The notes under the pieces: generated by a model
The model's input: the letters and a program-made list of their open reading frames with translations, nothing else
Told to the model about the DNA's origin: nothing
The model's database searches: none
In this document: in pieces, positions 1 to 10,863 of the stretch
Layout: every line of letters begins with the position of its first letter
Position numbering within the stretch: the first letter of the stretch is position 1
Program-made: the position numbers and the translations under genes
Assembly: GCA_964609965.1 (NCBI GenBank)
Contig: CAZSTS010000011.1
Location: 5,099 to 69,098, forward strand
Direction of reading: 5' to 3'
DNA length: 64,000 bases
Origin: an uncultured Nitrospirales bacterium
GTDB taxonomy: Bacteria > UBA10199 > JADGCS01

Positions 1-270
1 GCCAAAATGCCCTGTTTTTTCTTCATACCGCTTATTATGTAAATGATTCACTTGGGCTGAAATGCGTCCCACTGGCTTATCCTCTTTCATAGCTAGAAAA
101 AACTGAACATCAGCGTTGAGAAAAAATGGATTCTTTTTGGGATCTAAGAACTCTTTTCTTTCTAATTTTAGAGGAGGAACCCAATGAGGGTGGTTTTTGT
201 AGAAAGCATAAGGAAGATTGAGAAAGACTTTCTTTTGTTTACGCGTTTTAACGGGAATAATTGAAATCAT
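1..270 (-). CDS. GNAT-family N-acyltransferase, likely bacterial ceramide synthase (partial; runs off the window edge; not in ORF track)
   Basis: ATG at 270 opens 90 uninterrupted codons: MISIIPVKTRKQKKVFLNLPYAFYKNHPHWVPPLKLERKEFLDPKKNPFF...VGRISAQVN...GHFG. The WVPPL, NPFF, GRI and GHFG motifs match the bCerS-like GNAT family, and the gene lies directly downstream of spt. Confidence 0.8.
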   Translation of the reverse strand, partial: MISIIPVKTRKQKKVFLNLPYAFYKNHPHWVPPLKLERKEFLDPKKNPFFLNADVQFFLAMKEDKPVGRISAQVNHLHNKRYEEKTGHFG

Positions 271-334
271 ACTATTAGACCTTTCGACCTTCTATCCCAG
301 AGGCCCCTAGACCCTGAGGACCATAGGCCCAATC

Positions 335-1594
335 CTACCATCCATGTTTCTTTTTGAGTTTCACTAAAATCTCAATGGCTTTATCTAGATCTTCTTTTGT
401 GTGATCCGATGTATAACTAGTTCTCAAAAGCGCTCGATCCTTTGGCACTGCGGGATGAACAACAGCATTCACATAAACACCTGCGTCTAAAAGCTCTCGC
501 CATAAAGTGAGAGTGAGGATTTCGTCACTCACAACAATGGGAACAATGGGCGTTTCAGAAGCACCAACATCAAACCCAAGAGATTTAAGATTTTCTCTCA
601 TATAGAGACCGTTAGCTTGTACGCGATCCACTCGTTCAGGTTCTCTTTTTAAAATATTTAAGGCTGTGTGAGCTGCGGCTACTGAAGAAGGTGGTAAGCT
701 TGCCGAAAAAACAATCGAACGACCATAATGCCTGATAAAATCAATGACTTTATAATCGCCAACAACAAATCCCCCTATTGAAGCCAGTGTTTTACTAAAT
801 GTTCCAACAATGAGATCAACTTGATCTTGGAGTCCAAAATGATGGGCTGTTCCTCGGCCACCAGGACCTAAAATCCCTACACTATGTGCATCATCAATCG
901 CTAGTCTTGTTTGATATTTTTCTTTAAGCTTAGCAACGCCTGGCAAATCAATAATGTCCCCTTCCATGCTAAATACACCATCAGTCATGATCATTTTTCC
1001 TGCATTTGGATCAAGCTCTTTAAGAACGTTTTCGAGATCTTCGGTGGAATTATGTTTAAAACTAACAGCATCACCTTTTGCGACCCTGGAGCCATCATAA
1101 ATACTCGCGTGATTCATTTTATCCATGACAAGAACATTGCCCTTAGAAATGAGCGCGGAAATCACACCAATATTAACCTGATAACCTGTAGCAAAAACCA
1201 GGCAGTCTTCCTTGTTAAAAAATGCGGCAAGATCTTCTTCTAAGGCCAGATGTGATTTGTGAGTTCCATTAAGAAGTCGTGAACCCGTCAGACTAGTGCC
1301 GTGTTCTGCAACGGCCTTCATGGAAGCCTCTCTCACCTCAGGATGCGTAGTAAGACCTAGGTAATTATTTGACCCTAACATGATAACTTCTTTGCCATCG
1401 ACGATGCACCTAGGCCCTTCATTTGAATCAATTGTGAGATAACAAGGATATATATTCATCTGCCTAGCTAGTTCAGCCTCGATGAAATCTTTTGTCTTTT
1501 GAAAAACATCTTTCCCGCCCTTGTTGAATAATTCCATGCGCCCATCAAGTGTGGGTTGCGTATTATCTTTCACTAATTTGATTTTTTCGTTCAT
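335..1594 (-). CDS. spt: Serine palmitoyltransferase (alpha-oxoamine synthase family, PLP-dependent)
   Basis: GSNNYLGL, GSRLLNGT, NHASI, DDAH and the PLP-lysine motif GTFSKTLASIGG, as in bacterial SPTs; adjacent ceramide-synthase-like gene. Confidence 0.8.
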   Translation of the reverse strand: MNEKIKLVKDNTQPTLDGRMELFNKGGKDVFQKTKDFIEAELARQMNIYPCYLTIDSNEGPRCIVDGKEVIMLGSNNYLGLTTHPEVREASMKAVAEHGTSLTGSRLLNGTHKSHLALEEDLAAFFNKEDCLVFATGYQVNIGVISALISKGNVLVMDKMNHASIYDGSRVAKGDAVSFKHNSTEDLENVLKELDPNAGKMIMTDGVFSMEGDIIDLPGVAKLKEKYQTRLAIDDAHSVGILGPGGRGTAHHFGLQDQVDLIVGTFSKTLASIGGFVVGDYKVIDFIRHYGRSIVFSASLPPSSVAAAHTALNILKREPERVDRVQANGLYMRENLKSLGFDVGASETPIVPIVVSDEILTLTLWRELLDAGVYVNAVVHPAVPKDRALLRTSYTSDHTKEDLDKAIEILVKLKKKHGW

Positions 1595-1796
1595 AAGATA
1601 AACTCCTCTAACGTAGTTCTCCTGAAGCTTGGTTCAATTAATCAGTATAAAAAGGAAAAGCAATACCCGCTTTTTGGAGGGTAATTCTCTCCTATATAAT
1701 AAGGAATAACCTGAATTTGAGCATAAAGGATACAATATCGACTCTATCTATTTGTATTTATTAGTGAATTATTTTGAAAACTTTTAATAATAATAC

Positions 1797-1823
1797 GAAA
1801 CTTTTTCCCAAAACTCTCGATAA
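1797..1823 (+). promoter_or_regulatory. Putative sigma28/FliA-WhiG-like promoter
   Basis: GAAACTTT-N11-CTCGATAA ending 76 nt upstream of ATG 1900; same architecture at 22670-22696 and 34383-34409. Confidence 0.55.
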
Positions 1824-1899
1824 AGAGCATGTAAGATTAATGTGATGGTGGGCACATATATAAAGCTTTTATTTCCCTATCATAAAAAAAGAGGCTTTT

Positions 1900-4146
1900 A
1901 TGTCTACAAAAACATACTATATTTCACGTTTAATTATGCTTATTATACTAGTTGTTTTCATCTTTTTGGGAACAACAGGTTGTGATAGCAATGAATCCAT
2001 AAAGTATGATGATGACGAAATTATAACTCCTGACATCATACCAGATCCACCTGCAGATGATGACGATGGTTCAACGACCACGATCACTGATACAGATGGT
2101 GATGGAATTTTGGATGAAAACGATAATTGTGTTTATTATATTAATGCTGATCAACTAGACACAGATGCTGATGGTGTAGGAGATGAATGTGATACCGATG
2201 ATGACGGTGACGGAGTCAAAGATGGCATAGATGCCTGTCCTACTGATCCTACTGAAACGACAGACACTGATGCTGATGGCATCTGTGATAACACTGATAA
2301 TTGTGTTGATCTTGAAAACGAAGACCAAGCAGACGACGACGGTGATGGCGTAGGAGATCTCTGTGACACATCTGATGATGATCCTGATGAAGATGGTCTG
2401 CCAAATTCAGAAGACAATTGTCCAGCTGATGCTAATGAAGACCAAGCAGACATTGACGAAGATGGTGCAGGTGATGCCTGTGACAATTGCCTTAATGATC
2501 CCAATGAAGACCAAGCTGATTTAGATGCTGATGATATTGGTGATATTTGTGACGAAGACATTGATGGCGACGGTGATCTGGCAATAGACTTTGGCGGAAC
2601 AGATTGTGATGATGAAAATGCTAACACTTATGTGGATGATGGCACAGGTGTGAGCGCTGCAGAAATTTTTGACCTTGCTGACAATGACTGTGACGCCCTT
2701 GTAGACGAAGACATAGATCTCGCTACACAAGGAAACTACATTGATGGTACCAGCGACTACGATAATTTTGGACTTAATATGGCTGGTGTTGGTGATGTGA
2801 ATGGCGATGGCTATGATGATATTTTAATCAGCTCACCTTGGAATGATAATGCTAAAGGAAAAATTTATCTCTTCCTTGGACATGAAGACTTTAGTGGAGA
2901 GCTCCTATCAGATAGCGCTGATGTTATTTTCACTGGTGAAAATGATGGCGACCTTGCTGGACTATCAGTTGCCGCTGCAGGAGACGTAAACAATGATGGG
3001 TATGATGATATTCTCATTGGAGCCCCTTTTAACGATGAAGGTGGAAGCGGTGCTGGAAAAGCATACCTCATATACGGCGCCAACTTTACCTCTGGTTCAC
3101 TTGTTAATTTAGCCTCTGCAGATATTTCTTTCACAGGGTCTAATACTAATGACGTTTTAGGTATTGCTGTTTCAACAGCTGGCGATGCTGATGAAGATAA
3201 AAAAGCCGACATCCTCATTTCTGCTCCAGGATTTGATTCTTCATTAACAGGAACTAATGTAGGTAAGATTTATCTCTTTTACGGCAAAAATCTTACAAGC
3301 ACATCTACGTTATCAGACGCTGATAAAAAATATATTGGTGAAAAACCTAATGATTACGCTGGAACAAAGCTTGCTACAGCCGGCGACTTTAACGGCGATG
3401 GTGCGGATGATTTTATTGTTGGAGCCCCTTTTAATGATGATAGTGGCATAGATGCTGGTAAAATCTATGTTGTTTTTGGTGAAGGAAAAGTAACCGCTAA
3501 TGAAGCTCAAGTAGGAAATTTTCAATCAAGAAATTTTCTCCCTCTCACTATCGTTCCAACAAACCTTGATACAGCTGATATATCTTATACAGGCCTTGCT
3601 GATTATAACTATATTGGCACGACTATTTCAGGAGGCGGTGTTGATGTAAATGGTGATGGCTTAGATGATTTTGCAGTAGGTGTGAGATATAACGATGAAG
3701 CAGGCCTCAATGCTGGTAAAACATATTTCATCTATGGCAGCGAAAGCCTTTCTGGATCTTACACACTCTATAATGCCAATACAGCCTACACCGGCGAACA
3801 TTCCAGTGATTACTCAGGAACATCAGTTGCCCTGATAAATGATTTGAATGACGATGGCTATGGAGAAGTCCTTATCGGTGCATCAGGATACGATGCTACA
3901 TACATAAACAGTGGTAAACTCTACCTTGTATTAGGCGAAGAAGACTCTTTAATACTAACAACATTTTCACTTGAAGATGCTGCAGCTACTTTTCTGGGCA
4001 GCAGCTCCACAGAAAGTGTTGGAGGAAAAGTTACTAATGCCGGCGATGTTAATGGAGATGGCAAAGAAGAAATCATTACGAGTGGCTACGGCTATGATGG
4101 ATCTGGCACTGCCGTGGGAAGAGCTTATATTATTTTCTTACAATAA
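1900..4146 (+). CDS. Surface lipoprotein with thrombospondin type-3 Ca-binding repeats, a putative metal-binding DCDD motif and an FG-GAP (integrin-alpha-like) beta-propeller
   Basis: Lipobox-like LGTTGC; repeated DxDxDGxxDxxDNC..NxDQxDxDxDGxGDxCD; DCDD...AAEIFDLADNDCD; several GDxNGDGxDD..GAP..G++Y repeats. Confidence 0.88.
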   Translation: MSTKTYYISRLIMLIILVVFIFLGTTGCDSNESIKYDDDEIITPDIIPDPPADDDDGSTTTITDTDGDGILDENDNCVYYINADQLDTDADGVGDECDTDDDGDGVKDGIDACPTDPTETTDTDADGICDNTDNCVDLENEDQADDDGDGVGDLCDTSDDDPDEDGLPNSEDNCPADANEDQADIDEDGAGDACDNCLNDPNEDQADLDADDIGDICDEDIDGDGDLAIDFGGTDCDDENANTYVDDGTGVSAAEIFDLADNDCDALVDEDIDLATQGNYIDGTSDYDNFGLNMAGVGDVNGDGYDDILISSPWNDNAKGKIYLFLGHEDFSGELLSDSADVIFTGENDGDLAGLSVAAAGDVNNDGYDDILIGAPFNDEGGSGAGKAYLIYGANFTSGSLVNLASADISFTGSNTNDVLGIAVSTAGDADEDKKADILISAPGFDSSLTGTNVGKIYLFYGKNLTSTSTLSDADKKYIGEKPNDYAGTKLATAGDFNGDGADDFIVGAPFNDDSGIDAGKIYVVFGEGKVTANEAQVGNFQSRNFLPLTIVPTNLDTADISYTGLADYNYIGTTISGGGVDVNGDGLDDFAVGVRYNDEAGLNAGKTYFIYGSESLSGSYTLYNANTAYTGEHSSDYSGTSVALINDLNDDGYGEVLIGASGYDATYINSGKLYLVLGEEDSLILTTFSLEDAAATFLGSSSTESVGGKVTNAGDVNGDGKEEIITSGYGYDGSGTAVGRAYIIFLQ

Positions 4147-4173
4147 TAGAGTTTTTACATTCTATTTCTTATT

Positions 4174-4201
4174 AAGGGCGCTCTCAAAGCGCCTTTTTTT
4201 T
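4174..4201 (+). terminator. Rho-independent terminator
   Basis: GGCGCT-ctcaa-AGCGCC followed by a T run after the adhesin gene. Confidence 0.7.
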
Positions 4202-4229
4202 GTGCCTGTGATCCCATGCACCTGTGAAC

Positions 4230-4991
4230 CTAACACACCCTAAATCTAAATTCTTTTTCTTCATACTTAGCAGGATTTTTCCTATATACCCTTTCTGCAA
4301 AATAAATATTATCATCATAATCCCAAGTCATAATAGTTGAGCTCACTGTACGAAATTTTTCAGATTGTATAAAAATGGGGCTCAAGAGTCTTTCCCAGTC
4401 AAGCCCTACACCTGTATCAGGAAGATCTATGTCATCAGGTTCTTTTTTATCTGCAAGCATACCAAACAAATCCTTTGGTTTAAAAAGATCATTATTGATA
4501 GTGTCTTCAAATAATTGTTTACCCTTTGTTACCTTTGGCCAGGGAACGTCTAAGAAAGAATTGCTCAAAGCATGTACACCAGAAGGCACCTCTTCGATTT
4601 CTCTTTGTTTGTTTGAAAAGAAGAAGAGTTTGTGACGATCACCAACGAGAAGATTAAAAGGGTCATACTCTCCAGTCTGCTCATTGATATCAAAAAGATA
4701 AGTGAAAGGTTCTTTCTTGCCTGTTAAAAAATCTTTTGTCAGCACACCACGTGAGTGTAATTTTGAAAGCGGCTCACCATCACGATAATTTGTTACAGCA
4801 GAAAATCGACCACCCTTCGTCACACCCAACCAGGTACCTTGATGTTTTATATCTTTTCCTGCCAAAACATCTGGGTAGTCTTTCCAAAAATGAACTGGCA
4901 ATGCTGAACGATCACTAAACTCATCCCTATTTGAGGCTAAAATGAATTTATATTTAGGATGTTCATTGTAGGCAAAGATGATGAGACACAT
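4230..4991 (-). CDS. NRDE/TANGO2 family protein (Ntn-hydrolase-like)
   Basis: N-terminal MCLI, NRDE motif, GTWLG, SRG.L, PWPKV. Confidence 0.92.
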   Translation of the reverse strand: MCLIIFAYNEHPKYKFILASNRDEFSDRSALPVHFWKDYPDVLAGKDIKHQGTWLGVTKGGRFSAVTNYRDGEPLSKLHSRGVLTKDFLTGKKEPFTYLFDINEQTGEYDPFNLLVGDRHKLFFFSNKQREIEEVPSGVHALSNSFLDVPWPKVTKGKQLFEDTINNDLFKPKDLFGMLADKKEPDDIDLPDTGVGLDWERLLSPIFIQSEKFRTVSSTIMTWDYDDNIYFAERVYRKNPAKYEEKEFRFRVC

Positions 4992-5114
4992 GATTTTGGA
5001 CTCATGGCATTGTTTTACTGTGAAATCAATTTCTCTTCGTCTACGAGAAAACCCTTCCTATAAGCAGCTTTAGGCTTGATTTCAAGGCCCAAGATAGAAT
5101 AACACTCCTCAAAC

Positions 5115-6131
5115 ATGCTAGCTATCGAAACCAATACAAACAGCACCTCAAAAGTCATTGAACTCGAAAAACCTCAGATTTCTTCAAAAGAAGTGCTTAT
5201 TCAAACAATTGGTTGTGGTCTCTGTGGCACAGACCTTCTAAAAATCAATCTTAAACTCCTCAAACAACCAACAGTACTTGGACACGAAATCGTGGGCCGC
5301 GTTGTTGAAAAAGGAGACGCTGTTTCAGATTTTGAGCTTGGAGACTTTATCGTTGTTGCTCATCACGCGCCTTGTTTTGAATGTCATTTTTGTCAGCACA
5401 AAAGCTATTCAATGTGTGAAACATTCAAAAAAACAAACTTAGATCCTGGCGGTTTTACAGAATTTGTTCGCATTTCTGAGCTGCATTTAAAACACACTGC
5501 TTTCAAAGTTCCCAAAAGCATGCCCTGGCAAGAAGCCTTATTCACAGAACCTTTGGCCTGCTGTGTGCGATCTGTAGATCAATTAAGTCTATGTAATAAT
5601 GACACAGCGATTGTTATAGGTCTTGGTTCGATTGGTCTAATGATGACAAAACTCCTTAAACGTTTTTCTTGTCACATCATTGGCGTAGACACAGATCCAG
5701 CCCGCTGTGAAAACGCAATAAAATATGGCGTGGATGAAGTTTTCTCTAATGTAGACAGTGCCTTTGTCGACAGCATAAAAAAAGCCTCGAACAATCGCGG
5801 CGCTGATGGCGTTGTCTTTAGTGCTGGTCCAGCTACAATGCTCAATGAGTCTCTTAGCTGGATTCGAAATGGGGGATTTATAAACCTCTTTAGCCATCTT
5901 GCAGGAGAGATCGGCAATATAGACACATCAGAGCTTTATCACCGCGAATTACAAATTATCACATCCTACTCTGCTTCTCCCGAATCTTTGAAAAAGTCTT
6001 TTGAAATACTCCGTGATGAAAACTTAAACCTAAGAATGATGTTCGCTGAGCCCTATTCGTTGAATGATTTTGAAAAAGCTGTAAATGATATGAATGAAAG
6101 ACGTGTTTTAAAAGCCCTGATTGAGTTCTAA
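5115..6131 (+). CDS. Zn-dependent alcohol/polyol dehydrogenase (MDR family)
   Basis: CGTD, GHE, structural-Zn motif CxxCxxCx7C, EPLAC, GxGxxG. Confidence 0.9.
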   Translation: MLAIETNTNSTSKVIELEKPQISSKEVLIQTIGCGLCGTDLLKINLKLLKQPTVLGHEIVGRVVEKGDAVSDFELGDFIVVAHHAPCFECHFCQHKSYSMCETFKKTNLDPGGFTEFVRISELHLKHTAFKVPKSMPWQEALFTEPLACCVRSVDQLSLCNNDTAIVIGLGSIGLMMTKLLKRFSCHIIGVDTDPARCENAIKYGVDEVFSNVDSAFVDSIKKASNNRGADGVVFSAGPATMLNESLSWIRNGGFINLFSHLAGEIGNIDTSELYHRELQIITSYSASPESLKKSFEILRDENLNLRMMFAEPYSLNDFEKAVNDMNERRVLKALIEF

Positions 6132-6151
6132 AACAATCTACACTTATGATT

Positions 6152-6240
6152 GACGAAGAACGAGGAACGAGGAACAAGAAACAACCTACGACCCTGCGAC
6201 CCCACGACCCAACGACCCATTCTCCACAACCCACAATTCG
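6152..6240. repeat. Degenerate 7/8-nt tandem array overlapping the carB 3' end
   Basis: GAAGAAC GAGGAAC GAGGAAC AAGAAAC followed by CGACCC units at 8-nt period (CTACGACC CTGCGACC CCACGACC CAACGACC). Confidence 0.75.
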
Positions 6241-9200
6241 CGAAGCCTTTGCTGCTCAAAGTATTCTTGTAAAGATTTAACATTCATCGAAGTTTTACGA
6301 AGCTCTGAGATTCCCATAACTGCTGCCTCTGCTGCAGCCAGCGTTGTAAAATAAGGCGTGTTCGTCATCAACGCTGTTCTTCTGAGCTCAATAGAATCAA
6401 CAGCAGAAAGCTTGCCTTCATGTGTATTGATCACCATGGCAATCTTGCTATTCATGAGAGGATCCAAGATATTGGGATCTCCCTCGTAATGTTTTTTTAC
6501 ATTAAAGGCATCAAGCCCGTGTCTTTGTAAATATCTTCCCGTTCCCCCTGTAGCAATAATCTTAAAACCATAATCAATGAGCCTAGCAGCAATGGAAACA
6601 ATTGCCTTTTTATCTTTATCTGTAACCGAAATAAAAGCGAGCCCTGTTAAGGGCAAAGGATTCTTTGCCGCGAGCTCAGCTTTAGCAAAACTCATCCCAA
6701 ATTTTGTGTCTATCCCCATAACTTCGCCTGTTGAACGCATTTCTGGACCAAGCAAAGTATCAACTCCTGGAAACTTATTGAAAGGAAAAACAGCTTCTTT
6801 TACACACACATGTTCTGTATCTATTTTTTCTACAAAGCCTATTTCTTTTAAGGTTTTTCCTACCATCAATTTTGCTGCTGCCTTTGCTAGAGGCTGCCCA
6901 ATGGCCTTAGAAACAAAAGGAACAGTACGTGATGCTCTGGGATTAACTTCTAAAACGTAGAGAGTATCATCTTGCAAAGCAAATTGCACATTCATGAGAC
7001 CAACAACTTTTAACTCGAGGGCCATGCGTCTTGTTTGTTCTACAATTTTTTCTATTGTTTTTGGTAAAAGTGATTTTGGCGGCAAACAACAAGCAGAATC
7101 ACCAGAGTGAATTCCAGCACACTGCACATGCTCCATAATCCCGCCAATTTTAACATCCTGACCATCACAAAGAGCATCCACATCAATCTCAACAGCATTT
7201 TCTAAAAAACGATCTACAAGAACAGGACGATCTTCCGAAACTTGAACAGCTTTATGCATATATTCAGACAAACTTTCTTGATCATAAACAATTTCCATGG
7301 CTCGACCACCCAAAACATAGGAGGGGCGTACAAGAACAGGGTAACCAATCCGCTTAGCAATAAACAAAGCTTCACTATAGCTTTTTGCTAATCCATTTTC
7401 TGGCTGTCTCAACTCGAGCTTATCGATGAATGCTGCAAATCGCTTACGATCTTCAACACGATCAATGCTGTCTGAAGATGTTCCTAATATTTTGGCACCC
7501 CAGTTCTCTAAGGGCACTGAAAGCTTTAAGGGCGTTTGCCCACCAAATTGTACAATGATACCTTCTGGTTTTTCTTCTCGAAGAATATGTACGACATCTT
7601 CTTTTGTAAGAGGCTCAAAATACAACCTATCTGACGTGTCATAATCTGTGCTCACTGTCTCTGGGTTACAATTAACCATAATCACTTCATAACCTTCTTC
7701 CTGAAGCGAATAACTAGCATGGCAGCAACAGTAATCAAACTCAATGCCTTGGCCAATACGATTAGGCCCACCACCCAGAATGACCACCTTCTTTTTGCTT
7801 GTAGGCTTAGCTTCATTCTCTTCTTCATAGGTGGAGTACATATAAGGAGTATAGGCTTCGAATTCTGCGGCACATGTATCAACACGTTTATAAACTGGAA
7901 GTATTTTTTTCTTTTCTCTAAAGCTTCTTATTTTTTTTGATTTTGTATTGAGAAGTTTTGCTAGCCTTTTATCAGAAAAACCCATTTTTTTGGCCGTGAT
8001 CAGCATATCTGCTGGAATTTTAGGCATGGCATTGCCTGGTTTTTTACAAGCATACTTTTTAAGCTGCTTTTCAAAATCAATAATCTGGCTGATTTGATGC
8101 AAAAACCATAAATCAATATTTGTGAGCTCATTTAATTTTTGAATTGTATAACCTTTTCTTAAAGCCTCGCCAACCCACCACAATCGGTCTGGCCCAGCTT
8201 TTGTAAGGTTCTTGTTGATTTCGTTTTTAAGGCCTTTTTTCTGTGAAATCAGGACCTCATCAAAACCATGCATGCCTATCTCTAAAGAGCGAATAGCTTT
8301 TTGCAGACTCTCTTTAAATGTTCGGCCAATACCCATGACCTCACCAACAGACTTCATTTGAGTGCCCAAAACTTTTTCGGCCATGGGAAATTTTTCGAAA
8401 GTAAACCTTGGGATTTTAGTAACAACATAATCAATAGAAGGCTCAAAACTAGCAGGCGTATCCTTTGTGATATCATTTTTAAGCTCATCTAATGTATAAC
8501 CAACAGAAAGCTTTGCTGCGATTTTTGCTATGGGAAAACCTGTAGCCTTACTAGCAAGGGCGGATGACCTGGAAACACGGGGGTTCATTTCGATCACCAT
8601 CACTTCACCGGTTTGGGGACTCACACCAAATTGAATATTAGAACCGCCTGTGTCTACGCCTATCTCTCTCATCACAGCAATGGAGGCATTACGCAGGTCT
8701 TGATACTCTTTGTCTGTTAATGTCTGTGCGGGAGCCACAGTAATAGAATCACCAGTATGAATTCCCATGGGATCTAGGTTTTCTATTGAACAAATAATAA
8801 CAACATTATCGTTTTTATCTCTCACCACTTCTAGTTCATATTCTTTCCAGCCAAGAAGAGATTGCTCAACAAGCACTTGTTTTTTTGGTGAAGCATCAAT
8901 CGCCCATTTAATATGTTCTTTATATTCTTCTAAATCATAAGAAACGTTTCCACCTGTGCCACCTAATGTAAAAGCAGGTCGCAAGATTGCTGGAAATCCA
9001 ATTTTTTTCACAGCATCAAGAGCCTCCTTCATATTGCCTACAATGGCAGATTTTGGCACTGACAAACCTATTTTTTCCATGGCGGTTCTGAACAGGTAAC
9101 GATCTTCTGCTTTTTTAATTGATTTTAAATTAGCGCCTATGAGCTCAACACCAAATTCCTGTAAAACACCCATCTCATGGAGAGCGATCGTGACATTAAG

Positions 9201-9485
9201 AGCTGTTTGTCCTCCTAATGTGGGGAGAAGAGCGTCTGGTTTTTCTTTTTTGATAATGCTGGCAACTATTTCTGGAGTGATAGGCTCAATGTATGTGCTA
9301 TCAGCCATTTCTGGATCGGTCATGATAGTGGCCGGGTTTGAGTTGATCAAGACGACCTTATACCCTTCGGCCTTAAGCGCTTTAATTCCCTGAGTCCCAG
9401 AATAATCAAACTCACATGCTTGCCCAATGATAATAGGGCCAGCACCAATGACGAGGACTTTATTTATGTCTGTTCTTTTTGCCAT
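6186..9485 (-). CDS. carB: Carbamoyl-phosphate synthase large subunit
   Basis: [17 protein letters not shown], two ATP-grasp halves, [14 protein letters not shown]-terminal MGS domain. Confidence 0.98.
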   Translation of the reverse strand: MAKRTDINKVLVIGAGPIIIGQACEFDYSGTQGIKALKAEGYKVVLINSNPATIMTDPEMADSTYIEPITPEIVASIIKKEKPDALLPTLGGQTALNVTIALHEMGVLQEFGVELIGANLKSIKKAEDRYLFRTAMEKIGLSVPKSAIVGNMKEALDAVKKIGFPAILRPAFTLGGTGGNVSYDLEEYKEHIKWAIDASPKKQVLVEQSLLGWKEYELEVVRDKNDNVVIICSIENLDPMGIHTGDSITVAPAQTLTDKEYQDLRNASIAVMREIGVDTGGSNIQFGVSPQTGEVMVIEMNPRVSRSSALASKATGFPIAKIAAKLSVGYTLDELKNDITKDTPASFEPSIDYVVTKIPRFTFEKFPMAEKVLGTQMKSVGEVMGIGRTFKESLQKAIRSLEIGMHGFDEVLISQKKGLKNEINKNLTKAGPDRLWWVGEALRKGYTIQKLNELTNIDLWFLHQISQIIDFEKQLKKYACKKPGNAMPKIPADMLITAKKMGFSDKRLAKLLNTKSKKIRSFREKKKILPVYKRVDTCAAEFEAYTPYMYSTYEEENEAKPTSKKKVVILGGGPNRIGQGIEFDYCCCHASYSLQEEGYEVIMVNCNPETVSTDYDTSDRLYFEPLTKEDVVHILREEKPEGIIVQFGGQTPLKLSVPLENWGAKILGTSSDSIDRVEDRKRFAAFIDKLELRQPENGLAKSYSEALFIAKRIGYPVLVRPSYVLGGRAMEIVYDQESLSEYMHKAVQVSEDRPVLVDRFLENAVEIDVDALCDGQDVKIGGIMEHVQCAGIHSGDSACCLPPKSLLPKTIEKIVEQTRRMALELKVVGLMNVQFALQDDTLYVLEVNPRASRTVPFVSKAIGQPLAKAAAKLMVGKTLKEIGFVEKIDTEHVCVKEAVFPFNKFPGVDTLLGPEMRSTGEVMGIDTKFGMSFAKAELAAKNPLPLTGLAFISVTDKDKKAIVSIAARLIDYGFKIIATGGTGRYLQRHGLDAFNVKKHYEGDPNILDPLMNSKIAMVINTHEGKLSAVDSIELRRTALMTNTPYFTTLAAAEAAVMGISELRKTSMNVKSLQEYFEQQRLRELWVVENGSLGRGVAGS

Positions 9486-9486
9486 C

Positions 9487-10596
9487 CTATAACCTTTTAC
9501 CCCCTTTTTTCATGAGCGCCACAAACTTATGGAAAAGATATCGACTATCATGTGGTCCTGGACTTGCCTCTGGATGATATTGAACTGAAAATGCTGGGAG
9601 TGTTTTATGTTCAATTCCAGAAACAGTGTGATCATTTAAATGCATGTGCGTAATTCTAACATCGTGAGGCAGGCTATTAGGGTCAACAGCAAATCCATGG
9701 TTCTGACTTGTAATTTCTACTGCTTTTGAATCAATATTTTTTACAGGTTGATTGCCGCCACGATGCCCAAACCTCAGTTTATAAGTTTTAGCTCCTAAGG
9801 CAAGGGAGAGGATTTGATGACCGAGACAAATTCCAAAAATGGGTTTTTTACCGATAAGCTTTTTCACATTTTCGATAGCCTCAGTGCAAGCCGCAGGATC
9901 CCCTGGTCCATTTGATAAAAAGACACCATCGATTTTTTCTTTTGATTTAAGTATTTTTTCTGCGCTGTACTCATAGGGAACAACTTTGACTTGGCACCCA
10001 TTTTCTTTGAGTAGATTAAGAATGTTTTGTTTGATCCCAAAGTCGTATGCAATAACTTTGTATCCTGAGCCTTGTGACTTGTGACTTGCAACCTGTTGTG
10101 CCACCTCTTTAGCCAGGTTCTGTCCCTTCATTGATGGCAATTCCTTCGCCTTCTTCTTTAAAGCCGCAACCGAAAGCTGAGACCCAACAGCCAAAACACC
10201 TGGCATAGCGCCCTTTTCTCGAATATGGCGTACGAGCGCTCTTGTATCAATATCTTGTAATGCAGGGACACCTTCTTTTTTAAGGTAATCTCCCAAAGAG
10301 CCTGTTGCTCTGTGATTTGAATAGAGTTCTGAATATTCTTTAACCACAAAACCTTTGGCATGGACTTTTTTTGATTCAAGATCTTCTTTGTTAACCCCAT
10401 AATTACCGATATGGGGATAAGTCATAACGATTATTTGATTAGCATAGGAAGGATCAGTGAGAATTTCTTGATAACCTGTGATGGAAGTATTGAAGACAAC
10501 CTCACCAGAGGTCATGCCAGAGGCACTAAAACCACGTCCTTTAAAGATTTTACCGTCTTGAAGTACAAGATATGCTGGTTTTGATGCTTTATTCAT
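9487..10596 (-). CDS. carA: Carbamoyl-phosphate synthase small subunit
   Basis: [32 protein letters not shown]. Confidence 0.98.
   Translation of the reverse strand: MNKASKPAYLVLQDGKIFKGRGFSASGMTSGEVVFNTSITGYQEILTDPSYANQIIVMTYPHIGNYGVNKEDLESKKVHAKGFVVKEYSELYSNHRATGSLGDYLKKEGVPALQDIDTRALVRHIREKGAMPGVLAVGSQLSVAALKKKAKELPSMKGQNLAKEVAQQVASHKSQGSGYKVIAYDFGIKQNILNLLKENGCQVKVVPYEYSAEKILKSKEKIDGVFLSNGPGDPAACTEAIENVKKLIGKKPIFGICLGHQILSLALGAKTYKLRFGHRGGNQPVKNIDSKAVEITSQNHGFAVDPNSLPHDVRITHMHLNDHTVSGIEHKTLPAFSVQYHPEASPGPHDSRYLFHKFVALMKKGGKRL
10061..10095. repeat. Heptamer array inside carA
   Basis: TATCCTG AGCCTTG TGACTTG TGACTTG CAACCTG; encodes [12 protein letters not shown] in the interdomain linker. 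Confidence 0.65.
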
Positions 10597-10704
10597 GTAA
10601 ATTGGTCAGTATATATAGATGAGCAATTGAAAAGACAAACTATTTCTTTCTAAGCCAGCAATATCAAGCCTTTCCCGCCATCTCCCCCTCCTCCTCAACC
10701 CCAC

Positions 10705-10863
10705 AAACTAATCTTTCAAGATTAATTTTGAAGTTGCAAAGCCAGCCTGACGCTCATGTGACTTGCAATAAAATGAATTTTCAATTGAAATGAAGAAGTG
10801 AAAACTACTACGAATTAGCGGCGTGCTGCCGCAACGAAAAGATTAATCTAGAAAGATTAGTTT
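10705..10863. mobile_element. MITE-like or long-hairpin element with ~25 bp terminal inverted repeats
   Basis: Left end AAACTAATCTTTCAAGATTAATTTT; reverse complement of right end AAACTAATCTTTCTAGATTAATCTT. No ORF inside and no clear target-site duplication. Confidence 0.55.

Noticed and set aside
335-1594. BioF or Kbl assignment for the AOS enzyme
   Set aside because: The GTFSK motif and the neighbouring ceramide-synthase-like gene favour SPT; not fully excluded without a tree.
2151-2627. 158-aa Ser-rich ORF on the minus strand
   Set aside because: Antisense shadow of the GAT/GAC-rich thrombospondin repeats.
5959-6234. 91-aa minus-strand ORF; similar ORFs at 25273-25500, 25397-25645 and 60157-60450
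   Set aside because: Mostly translations of tandem arrays (e.g. IGPIRLIGPI, CWIPDARCWIL) or overlaps with real genes.
10597-10860. PyrR-type attenuator upstream of carA
   Set aside because: No recognisable PyrR-binding loop or terminator/antiterminator pair.
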